NCBI GenBank assembly: GCA_965243025.1
Contig: CBDETY010000003.1
Location: 320,001 to 384,000 of the forward strand
Direction: 5' to 3'
Origin: Candidatus Latescibacterota bacterium
Lineage (GTDB): Bacteria; Latescibacterota; UBA2968; UBA8231
DNA length: 64,000 nucleotides
The position numbers were made by a program, and so were the translations under genes. Shown here in pieces: positions 56,079 to 64,000 of the stretch; position 1 is the first letter of the stretch; the number at the start of each line of letters is the position of its first letter. The notes under the pieces were generated by a model that was given only the letters and a program-made list of their open reading frames with translations, ran no database searches and was not told where the DNA came from.

Positions 56079-56459
56079 GGCGGTTTTTCTATCGTGGGTC
56101 CTGGCAGGCGATGCGGTTTTTGGCAAACAGGGGGCGCGGCGCCGGCAAGTGGTTGCGGCCTTTGCCGCAGGGTATGCTCCGGGCAGGAATATAGGTTTGC
56201 CCCGGCCGCCTGACAGTCCTTCTACGACCCGGGGCGGCGGCGATGAAACCACCGAGGACTCCCTCGGGCCGGCTGGCGGGGCCGCGAAGACGGGACGAGG
56301 ACTGCGAGACACGACGGACGGGAGACAGGCCGGGAAGGGGAAATTGTGCCGTTACCCCATGTGGGGTACCTTGCCCGCCGGAACCCGCGAAACCTCGAGG
56401 TTCCGCTTCGCAGTCCCCCCCACCGAACGCCCCCCAAAAACCGTGATGGAGAGAGCGTC

Positions 56460-57611
56460 ATGAGCTGGGAAGTGGTCGATCGCGTGACGATATACCACGA
56501 GACCGGGATGTACGCCCTCTGCCCCAACGTGGTGCGCACGCCGTCGGGAGACCTGATGGTCTTCTTCCAGAGGGCGCCGCACCTGGGTTATCCGCACCAC
56601 GGCCATCCCCTGTTCAACGTGCAGGCATGCCGTTCCCGGGACGAGGGACGGACGTGGAGCGAGGCGGCCCTGGTGACCTCCGATCCGTTCGGGGGAATCA
56701 TCGACCGCGGCGTTCACACCCTTTCGGACGGGAGCATCTTCATGCACTGCTCCTGCACCGAGCTGGTGCCCGCGGAAGGGTCGGAGCAGCCGGGGGGGCA
56801 CGGGACCGAATGGATCTCGCGGCCGGGAAAGCCCTTCTGGGTGCGGTCGCGGGACGACGGCCACACCTGGAGCGCGCCCAAACGTTTCCCGCCCGTTCCC
56901 GACGCGGTCTGGGGCCACCCGGCCGACCACTCGGGGGTCTGCAGGAGCGGCCTGATCGAGATGCCGGACGGGCGTCTGCTCGTTCCCAGCAAGGCGACCG
57001 ACCGCCCCGACGGCTCCATGCCCTGCTTCGGCATGATGAGAGTCTCCCGGGACATGGGGGAGACGTGGGAGTACGGAGGGAGGATCGCCGAGGACCCGGT
57101 CGCCCACTTCAGCGAGCCGGCCATACACCGCACTCCCGGCGGCCGCATCCTCGTGATATTCCGCTGTCACGCCAATCGGCCGCAGGACGAGAGCATTCCC
57201 CTGAGGGACCGACAGTACAACAGCCGCTTTCAGGCCCTGGTCACCTCCGATGACGGCGGCGAGACCTGGTCGCCGTGGCGGCGCTCGGTTCACGGGTACC
57301 CCGCCCACATGCTCGGGCTCAGGGACGGGCGCATCTTCCTCACCGTCGGCACCCGCTGGGACGGACAGTCCGGCTGTCTCGCCAGGATTCTCAACCCGGA
57401 GGGCAGCGAGCTGGAGACCGCGCCGATCCACGAAACCGCCCCGGACCTGGAGACCACGCCGGATGTGATCGTCCGGAGCGACTCGTTCACTCATGACTGC
57501 GGCTACCCCTGGTCGGTGGAGCTCGAAGACGGCCGCGTCCTGGTGGTCTACTGGCATCACTACCCCGACAACCACAGGGGCATCGAGGGGGCCGTCGTTG
57601 CCGAGCGTTGA
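56460..57611 (+). CDS. Sialidase-like BNR/Asp-box beta-propeller protein
   Basis: Asp-boxes SRDEGRTWS, SRDDGHTWS, SRDMGETW, SDDGGETWS; SEP; DCGYP. Confidence 0.87.
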   Translation: MSWEVVDRVTIYHETGMYALCPNVVRTPSGDLMVFFQRAPHLGYPHHGHPLFNVQACRSRDEGRTWSEAALVTSDPFGGIIDRGVHTLSDGSIFMHCSCTELVPAEGSEQPGGHGTEWISRPGKPFWVRSRDDGHTWSAPKRFPPVPDAVWGHPADHSGVCRSGLIEMPDGRLLVPSKATDRPDGSMPCFGMMRVSRDMGETWEYGGRIAEDPVAHFSEPAIHRTPGGRILVIFRCHANRPQDESIPLRDRQYNSRFQALVTSDDGGETWSPWRRSVHGYPAHMLGLRDGRIFLTVGTRWDGQSGCLARILNPEGSELETAPIHETAPDLETTPDVIVRSDSFTHDCGYPWSVELEDGRVLVVYWHHYPDNHRGIEGAVVAER

Positions 57612-57638
57612 GCGGCCTTCGAGGCAAGGAGAATCCCC

Positions 57639-58979
57639 ATGCTGTTTTTCACGCCCCACAAGCGAGTCTGGCCGCTGGCCCTGTGTCTGGGCCTGTCGGG
57701 CTGCGCCGGCAGCTCCCCGATGACGACTGCGAACCAGTCGAAGGCCGGCGCCTGGGAGATCGGAACTCCCATCGTCGCCTACTACCACGGACCCGGAGGC
57801 GGCGGGGGAAGGTGGGGTCCGTTGACCGACGGGATGGCGAGGAAGCTGGTCGACGGGGGGTTCAACGTGGCCTGGGGTAGCTCCGTCGAAGATCTCGACG
57901 TCGCCCATGACCACGGGTTGCGGGTGGACCTGATCGCCTGGGACCTGAGAGAGCCGGAAAACCTCGACGACCCGGAAGGCAGAGCGCGGATCGACTCGGT
58001 CATCGACAGGGTCAAGGACCATCCCGCCCTGTACTCCTACGCGATCACCGACGAGCCCAGCGCCGTAAGGTTTCCGGAGTTCGCGAGGCTCGTCGACTAC
58101 ATACGCCAGCGCGACCCCGCCCACCTGGCGCACATCAACCTGTTTCCCACCTACGCCAGCGCCGCCGCGCTCGGCACCTCGGGCGGCACCGTCGAGGCCT
58201 ATCGTGAGCACCTGCGCCAGTACGTCGATATCGTCAAGCCCGACCTGATCAGCTACGACCACTACAACCTCTACAAGACCAACGACGGCAATCAGTATTT
58301 CATGAACCTCGCCCTCGTGCGCGAGGCGGCGCTGTACGGGGGCATTCCCTTCATCAACGTCATACAGGCGGTTTCTCTGGGGGAGTCCCACCGCATACCC
58401 GACGGCGACGAGAGCAGGTACCTGGCCTATACCACGCTGGCCTACGGCGGCCAGGGCATTTCGCATTTCGTGTACTGGCCCTACGCGGAATTCCATGGAG
58501 GCATTTCCGGATTCGAAGACACGGAGTGGGATGCGGAGCGCGCCGCAGCAGACGCGGCCGCCCCGCTGACCCCTTTGGGAGAGGCGGTGCGGCGGATTCA
58601 TCCGGAGTTCGTCGCCGTCGCCGAGCAGCTGCAGCCGCTGACTTCGCTGGCCGTGTATCACTCCGGGCAAGCCCCCGCGGGAGGGATGGTGGAGGAGCTG
58701 CCCGCCGGCTCCCGGTTTACCGTGGATCGCCCGTTTGATCCGGAAACCGAGAAGGGAGTGCTCTGGGGCTTCTTCGGGTCCGGCGGCGAGACCACCCACG
58801 TCCTGGTAGTGAACCTCGACCACGGCAGGGAGGTCGCGACCACGGTAGTCGGCCCCGCAGCCATGGAGGAGTTCGACGCCGGGGCGCGCCAGTGGCGCCC
58901 GGCCGCGGGCGGCTCGCGCTCGCAGCTGGACCTGGTTGCGGGCGGCGGCAGGCTCCTGCGCTTGCAGGATGGCCCCTGA
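57639..58979 (+). CDS. Lipoprotein, putative TIM-barrel glycoside hydrolase
   Basis: Lipobox LSGC; HPALYSYAITDEP, INLFP, ISYDHY, LAYGGQGISHF. Confidence 0.7.
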   Translation: MLFFTPHKRVWPLALCLGLSGCAGSSPMTTANQSKAGAWEIGTPIVAYYHGPGGGGGRWGPLTDGMARKLVDGGFNVAWGSSVEDLDVAHDHGLRVDLIAWDLREPENLDDPEGRARIDSVIDRVKDHPALYSYAITDEPSAVRFPEFARLVDYIRQRDPAHLAHINLFPTYASAAALGTSGGTVEAYREHLRQYVDIVKPDLISYDHYNLYKTNDGNQYFMNLALVREAALYGGIPFINVIQAVSLGESHRIPDGDESRYLAYTTLAYGGQGISHFVYWPYAEFHGGISGFEDTEWDAERAAADAAAPLTPLGEAVRRIHPEFVAVAEQLQPLTSLAVYHSGQAPAGGMVEELPAGSRFTVDRPFDPETEKGVLWGFFGSGGETTHVLVVNLDHGREVATTVVGPAAMEEFDAGARQWRPAAGGSRSQLDLVAGGGRLLRLQDGP

Positions 58980-59129
58980 GCCCGGAACCGGAGGGAAGCT
59001 TGAGGACAAACGGGTGCCCTGGCCGGCAGGCCCGGCCGCGCCGCTGCAAGTCACGCACGAACCCGCAGGCGACGATGGCAAACCGGCGGGAAAGCGACCC
59101 CCGACTCTGACAAGGATCCAAGGAGGCAC

Positions 59130-59648
59130 ATGCTGAAGATTACCAAGGTCAAGGTCGAGGAGCTCACGCGGGAATCCTTCGCGCCTTTCGGAAAAGCGAT
59201 CGCCGCCTTCGACGAGGCGAGGCCGGAAGTGCGCGTTGGCGCCATCGTGGAGAACGCTTACGAAGTCACCGGAGACATCCCCGATCCGGTGCCGGAGAAG
59301 CTGTCGCTGAACGAGGGTCGCCTGCGGGCCCACTTCGCATGCCACGACGACGCCGGACAGTCCTTCTACCCGAGCCGGCACTGCCCCTCCGTGTTCTGGG
59401 TTGCGCCGGTACAGCCGATGATCGAGCCGGAAGATCTGCGGGCTTTCTATACCGATGGAAGTCTCGGCGTCTGCATGGACCTGGGAATATGGCATACCAT
59501 GCCGGTCTGCCTGAGAGGGGACGAACTCTACCTGACCGCCCGCGGCAATCAGGACTACCACGCCCACTCGATCGACGTGCACTTCGACGAAGACCGGGGA
59601 CTGGCCCTCGAGCCGGACATGGACAGTTTCCCCGGGTGGAACGGCTGA
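59130..59648 (+). CDS. Ureidoglycolate lyase-like cupin
   Basis: EELTRESFAPFG, H..GQSF.P, LRAF, GIWH; AAGGAGG RBS. Confidence 0.75.
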   Translation: MLKITKVKVEELTRESFAPFGKAIAAFDEARPEVRVGAIVENAYEVTGDIPDPVPEKLSLNEGRLRAHFACHDDAGQSFYPSRHCPSVFWVAPVQPMIEPEDLRAFYTDGSLGVCMDLGIWHTMPVCLRGDELYLTARGNQDYHAHSIDVHFDEDRGLALEPDMDSFPGWNG

Positions 59649-59649
59649 C

Positions 59650-60459
59650 GTGAAACTCGAGCTGGCCTGCTCCGATTTCACCTATCCCGACCTGCCCCAC
59701 GACCAGGCTCTCCGGTTGATCTCCATGCTGGGGATCGAGGGCGTGGACATCGGGCTGTTCGAGGACCGGTCTCACCTGAGGCCGTCGTCCGAGTTCAGGA
59801 GCGTGCGCCGGTCGGCGCGCAGACTGAAGAAGAGACTGGACGATTGCGGCCTTGTTGCCGCCGACATCTTTCTGCAGTTGGCGCTGGACTACGAATCGCA
59901 TGCCGTCAACCACCCGCAGCCGCGGCGCCGGCGCCAGGCCCGCGAGGCCTTCCTCAAGGCCCTCGACTACACCGCCGAATGCCGGGGCAGGCACCTGACG
60001 GCGCTGCCCGGCGCGCACTTCGCGGAAGAGAGCCGGCGGGACTCGCTGGCCCGGGCGGCCGACGAGCTGGCCTGGAGGGTGGAGCGGGCGAAGGAGCACG
60101 GAATCACCTTCGCCATCGAGCCCCACATCGGGTCTTTTGCGGATACACCCAGGCGCGCCGAAAGGCTGGTCCACGACGTGCCGGGCCTGACCCTGACCCT
60201 GGACTACGCCCACATGTATCCGCGGGGCTATTCCGCGGCGCAGATCGAGGGGCTGATTCAATACTCCAGCCATTTTCACGCCCGCGGAGTCAACCGCCGC
60301 GGCAGCTGCGGCATGGAGGAGAACACGCTGGACTGGAAGCGGGTTTTCCGGGTCATGGACAAGACCGGCTACCGGGGCTGGATCGAGCTGGAGTACGGCG
60401 GCAACAACATTACGGACACGGTCGCCTTCCGCGACTACTTCCGGAAACTGTTCGGGTAA
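59650..60459 (+). CDS. Sugar phosphate isomerase/epimerase (xylose isomerase-like TIM barrel)
   Basis: IEPH, LDYAH, HFHAR, GWIELEY. Confidence 0.87.
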   Translation: MKLELACSDFTYPDLPHDQALRLISMLGIEGVDIGLFEDRSHLRPSSEFRSVRRSARRLKKRLDDCGLVAADIFLQLALDYESHAVNHPQPRRRRQAREAFLKALDYTAECRGRHLTALPGAHFAEESRRDSLARAADELAWRVERAKEHGITFAIEPHIGSFADTPRRAERLVHDVPGLTLTLDYAHMYPRGYSAAQIEGLIQYSSHFHARGVNRRGSCGMEENTLDWKRVFRVMDKTGYRGWIELEYGGNNITDTVAFRDYFRKLFG

Positions 60460-60517
60460 AAGCGCCCCGGCGGCTGGTGCCTGCGCGCGCGAGCTGTCAC
60501 GGAGAGGAGGAGAATCC

Positions 60518-61066
60518 ATGTGGAAGCCGGTCAGGATAAAAGTCGAGCGCCTCAGGCCCGAGTACTTCGCCCCGTACGGGCATCTCATCGCCAGCCTGGA
60601 GGAGCGCAGGCCGGACATCGTGAAAGGCAACTACAGTTCGTACGAGAAGCACGCCTATTCGGAAATATCCGCCGGGGAGGCGAAGGACGGCCCGGAATGG
60701 TATGCCGCCGACAGAAACCGGACCCCCCTGTCGGAAGGCCTGAGACGGGGCCATTTCGCCTTCCATACCGATGCGGGACAGTCCTTCTTCCCCGAGAACG
60801 GCAGGCCGACGGTCTACATCGTAGGCGGCGTCGGAGAGCCGCTCAGGGCGGAGGAAATGCGGGCTTTCTACGGCGAGGGCAGGGTGGGGGTCTGCCTGCA
60901 TCTGGGCGTCTGGCACACGATGCCGATGCCGGTGGACGGCGAGGAGCTGTACACGACCATACGCGGGGACCAGGACTACCTCGAACACTCGGTCGAGGTC
61001 GAGTTCGATCTGCAGCAGGGCCTGGTGATCGAGCCGGACCTGGAGAACTTCGATCCGAGTGCCTGA
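60518..61066 (+). CDS. Ureidoglycolate lyase-like cupin (paralog of 59130)
   Basis: FAPYG, HFAFHTDAGQSFFP, GVWHTMP, RGDQDY..HS. Confidence 0.75.
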   Translation: MWKPVRIKVERLRPEYFAPYGHLIASLEERRPDIVKGNYSSYEKHAYSEISAGEAKDGPEWYAADRNRTPLSEGLRRGHFAFHTDAGQSFFPENGRPTVYIVGGVGEPLRAEEMRAFYGEGRVGVCLHLGVWHTMPMPVDGEELYTTIRGDQDYLEHSVEVEFDLQQGLVIEPDLENFDPSA

Positions 61067-61093
61067 CCGAGCCTCCCTGCCCAATCACCCCGG

Positions 61094-61764
61094 GTGAAAA
61101 GTCCGCAGCTGATTCACTCGCTCGCTGCACAGCTGGCCGGCCTCGGCCTGCTGAACGCCGCCGCAGCGGTTGCCGACCGCCCCGGCAGCGCCGCCGTCGA
61201 CACGACCGCCGGGCACATGGCCCGGTGGCTCCAGCACCCGCAGCGGGTCGCCCGCGTCATACGGGCTGACGTTCCCCCCGTCGTCGACGGCGTCCTCGAC
61301 GACGAGGCCTGGTTCGGCGCGCCCGCGCACACCGGCTTCATCCAGCGCGATCCCGACCAGGGAAAACCGGCCACCGAGCGCACGGAGTTCAGGGTCGTCT
61401 ACGACGACGAGGCGCTCTACATCGCCGGCATCTGCTACGACAGCCGGCCCGACCGCATCACCCCCCGCCTTGCCCGTCGCGACGAGTGGCGCGAGAGGGA
61501 CCTCTTCGAGGTGAGCCTGGACCCCCACCACGATCACCAGACGGGTGCGTTCTGGAGGACAACCGCGACTTCAAGCGGAGGGCCCTGCGCTGGGAGTACC
61601 GGCCCGGCAGTACCCTGTTCTTCGTGTGGCAGCAGAACCGGGACCGCGACTTCGACGACGTTCGCGATCCCGACTTGAAGCCGCTGAGCTCCGTCGCCGG
61701 CTCCTTCACCGACGGCGGCGACAACATCGCACTGGTGAGGTTCAATCGCCGCTTCGGGCTGTAG
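61094..61764 (+). pseudogene. CBM9 plus DUF5916-type outer-membrane protein with a large internal deletion
   Basis: The N-terminal PVVDGVLDDEAW..FIQRDP..TERTE..YDD..LY..LDPHHDHQTG is joined near 61550, in another frame, to the family C-terminus LRWEYRPGSTLFFVWQQ.R. Confidence 0.75.
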
Positions 61765-61965
61765 GAGGAGATCGGGCTGAGCAGCCGGTCATCGGACTGC
61801 GAGTGACACGGGAACAGGCGAGAGACTGGACCGGCCCGAAGCGTGGGCGGCGCCGCGAAGGCCGCCCTCGAGGAACGTGATTCGGCTCGACATCCTGCTG
61901 GAGCGCAGGCCACGGGAAACGCTGGACGTGGCCAGGCCGTTAAAAGGACTGGAGGGGAACCGTAA

Positions 61966-63258
61966 TTGAAGGTCGTCGACGTCCAACGCATCACCGTGGC
62001 GGTGCCGTTCACGCCCCGGCAGCAGCAGATTACGGCGCGCGAGGTCTACAACTGGAACATTCTCGAGCTGTGCCGGGTCTCGACCGACACCGGGCACGTC
62101 GGCTGGGGGGAGACGGTCGTCCATTACACCTGGTGCCGGGTGACGGACGAAGCCGTGGAGAAGGTCGTCGGGCAGAGCCCCGCCCGTCTGATGCACGACG
62201 ACTCTCTCGGCTGCGGCCTGCAGATGGCCCTGTTCGACGTGGTCGGCAGGATCCTCGAGGTGCCGGTCCACGAGCTGCTGGGGGCCAAGGTCAGGGACCG
62301 GGTGCCGATCTCCTGGTGGTCGATAGATGCCTCACCGTCCCGATGGGCGGCAGAGGCGCAGGAGGCGGTCGCCAACGGCTACACCAGCTTCAAGGTCAAG
62401 CCGCGGCCCTGGTGGGACATCCTGGAGCAGGTGGAGGCGATCGACAAGGTGGTGCCCGGCCACTTCCGGCTCGACCTCGACCCGAACGGGACCTTCCAGA
62501 CCGCGGCCGCGGCCATCCCCATTCTCAAAAAGCTGGAGCGCTACGACATCGTCGCCATGTTCGAGGAGCCGATCCCAAGGGACGACGTGTTGGGGAACCG
62601 CCAGATTCGACGGGCAATCGACCGCCCCCTCGCCATGCATTTCGGGTCCCCGCCATACGTCACCGTCCTGCGCGAGGAGGTCTGCGACGGGTACGTACTG
62701 TGCGCCGGGGAGTCCGCGGTCATGCGCCAGGGCACGCTCAGCGCCGGGGCGAAAATGCCCTTCTGGCTGCAGCTGGTCGGCAACGGCCTGACCACCGCCT
62801 GGGCGGCCCATCTCGGGGCCGTCCTGACCCACGCCACGTGGCCGGCGATCACCTGTATCAATCTTTTCACGCACCAGCTGCTGAAGGAGAAGATCGAGGT
62901 CGTCGGCGGGTACCACGAGGTGCCCGCCGGCCCCGGGCTCGGAGTCGAGGTCGACGAAGACGCGGTGGAGGAATACCGCGTGCCGGAGGCCGAGCTCGAG
63001 CCCTTCCGAAAGAAGGGTCTGCCGTACGATCATCCGGAGCCGCGAACCATCAATACCATCGTCTACCCGGACGGCAGCTGCATCCACATGGCGCACGCGA
63101 GCCAGGGCTATTCCTTTTTCATGCAATACGGCAACGGACCGGCGCAGGTTGAAGGGGTGCGGCTCGAGCTGCGGCCCGACGACGGCTCGGGGGAGTGGGC
63201 GCGTCTGTTCGAGCGCGCCCGCGTCCGGCCGGTCCGGGACCGCCAACGAAGCCGCTGA
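61966..63258 (+). CDS. Mandelate racemase/muconate lactonising enzyme family (enolase superfamily)
   Basis: GHVGWGE, MALFDVVG..PVHELLG, FKVK, LDPN, FEEP, GPGLGVEVD. Confidence 0.9.
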   Translation: MKVVDVQRITVAVPFTPRQQQITAREVYNWNILELCRVSTDTGHVGWGETVVHYTWCRVTDEAVEKVVGQSPARLMHDDSLGCGLQMALFDVVGRILEVPVHELLGAKVRDRVPISWWSIDASPSRWAAEAQEAVANGYTSFKVKPRPWWDILEQVEAIDKVVPGHFRLDLDPNGTFQTAAAAIPILKKLERYDIVAMFEEPIPRDDVLGNRQIRRAIDRPLAMHFGSPPYVTVLREEVCDGYVLCAGESAVMRQGTLSAGAKMPFWLQLVGNGLTTAWAAHLGAVLTHATWPAITCINLFTHQLLKEKIEVVGGYHEVPAGPGLGVEVDEDAVEEYRVPEAELEPFRKKGLPYDHPEPRTINTIVYPDGSCIHMAHASQGYSFFMQYGNGPAQVEGVRLELRPDDGSGEWARLFERARVRPVRDRQRSR

Positions 63259-63269
63259 GGAGTTTGCAA

Positions 63270-64000
63270 ATGCCGCTCAATCTGAACCACGCCGATCTGA
63301 CCATCGACACGCCTGCCCGGCCGCCTGCATGGGCGCTGATGGAGCGCGAGCTGATCCGCGCCCAGAGCCGCGCCTGCGAGGTCTTCTTCGCAAAATACTT
63401 CGACGAGCGGGGATACCTGAAATGCATCCCGCGCTGGGGCGGCAACGACGGCCCCGACGACGCCATCGAGAATCTCGTCCACTGGCCCACCCTCTACCTT
63501 CTCGGGGGTTCCGACTCCCTCATGGAGATGTGCAAGCTGGCCTGGGAGGGGCACCTGCGTCAGTACACGGAGGCAAAAACCACCGAAGTGCCGTTCGCCC
63601 GGGACGGCATGTACTACAAGGAATTCCCGGTCATGTTCGACTGGGTCCACAACGCCGAGGGCCTGACGACGTTCAACCACCACGGCCTGTTCGATCCGTA
63701 CGAGCGCAGTTTCCAGGACCGGGTCCGCCGTTTCGCCGGCTTCTACATGAACGAGGACCCGCAGGCTCCCAACTACGACCCGGAGCACAAGATCATCCGC
63801 AGCCTCTTCAACGGCAGCCGCGGGCCGCTGCTGCGCAAGGCGACGGCCATCGACTGGGCCGGCGATCCGCTCGCTGAAGTGGAGGGGCGCTTCGTCGCCC
63901 TGCACGGGGAGCGAAATTTCGAGGAGATGCTCGAGCATTTCGCCGACTACACCGACATCGTCGGCGACCACCCGCAGAACATGGTGGCCACGGCCCTGGG
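63270..64000 (+). CDS. Hypothetical protein, partial at the window edge
   Basis: GAGGAG RBS and ATG 63270; open to the end: PPAWALMERELI..WGGNDGPDDAIEN..DW.H.AEG; absent from the ORF track. Confidence 0.8.
   Translation, partial: MPLNLNHADLTIDTPARPPAWALMERELIRAQSRACEVFFAKYFDERGYLKCIPRWGGNDGPDDAIENLVHWPTLYLLGGSDSLMEMCKLAWEGHLRQYTEAKTTEVPFARDGMYYKEFPVMFDWVHNAEGLTTFNHHGLFDPYERSFQDRVRRFAGFYMNEDPQAPNYDPEHKIIRSLFNGSRGPLLRKATAIDWAGDPLAEVEGRFVALHGERNFEEMLEHFADYTDIVGDHPQNMVATAL

Noticed and set aside
57408-57465. Imperfect ETAP/ETTP peptide triplication in the Asp-box protein
   Set aside because: A short local slippage in a probable loop; no sign of function.
1-64000. tRNA, rRNA or prophage genes
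   Set aside because: None recognised by eye; a tRNAscan-SE/Infernal run would be needed to exclude small RNAs.

Overview
High-GC bacterial DNA. The gene families (DUF6785/DUF6784-like transporters, ASPIC/UnbV proteins, FlgD/CHU_C-tailed proteins, a 'SWGRIKA' C-terminal motif) suggest a Latescibacterota/Poribacteria-like lineage; this is inference only. I found no rRNA, tRNA or CRISPR array. Layout: (i) 1-22.7 kb is an uncharacterised cell-envelope locus and the best candidate for an undescribed system. It has two paralogous large predicted outer-membrane proteins (one runs off the left edge and is missing from the ORF track), three paralogous large secreted proteins with a PNPFTPNGDG..WDG..GxY C-terminal domain ending in V-x-V-x-Y, a lipoprotein, a parvulin PPIase lipoprotein, an ASPIC/UnbV protein, a DUF6785-like membrane protein and a CBM9/DOMON-like protein. 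An IS1-family element (5337-7482, 8-bp target duplication GAAAAAAG) with two passenger genes interrupts it. (ii) 22.85-39.8 kb is an accessory block bounded by degenerate direct repeats of one convergent gene junction (copies near 22.7, 24.65 and 39.85 kb). It carries an EgtB-like sulfoxide synthase, oxidoreductases, two sulfatases and a toxin-antitoxin array mixed with type I restriction-modification remnants. (iii) 39.85-64 kb holds a GT-C/TPR glycosyltransferase, a family-5 ABC importer, a second DUF6785-TPR-ASPIC/UnbV cluster and catabolic genes. All products are called from motifs read by eye; no database searches were run.
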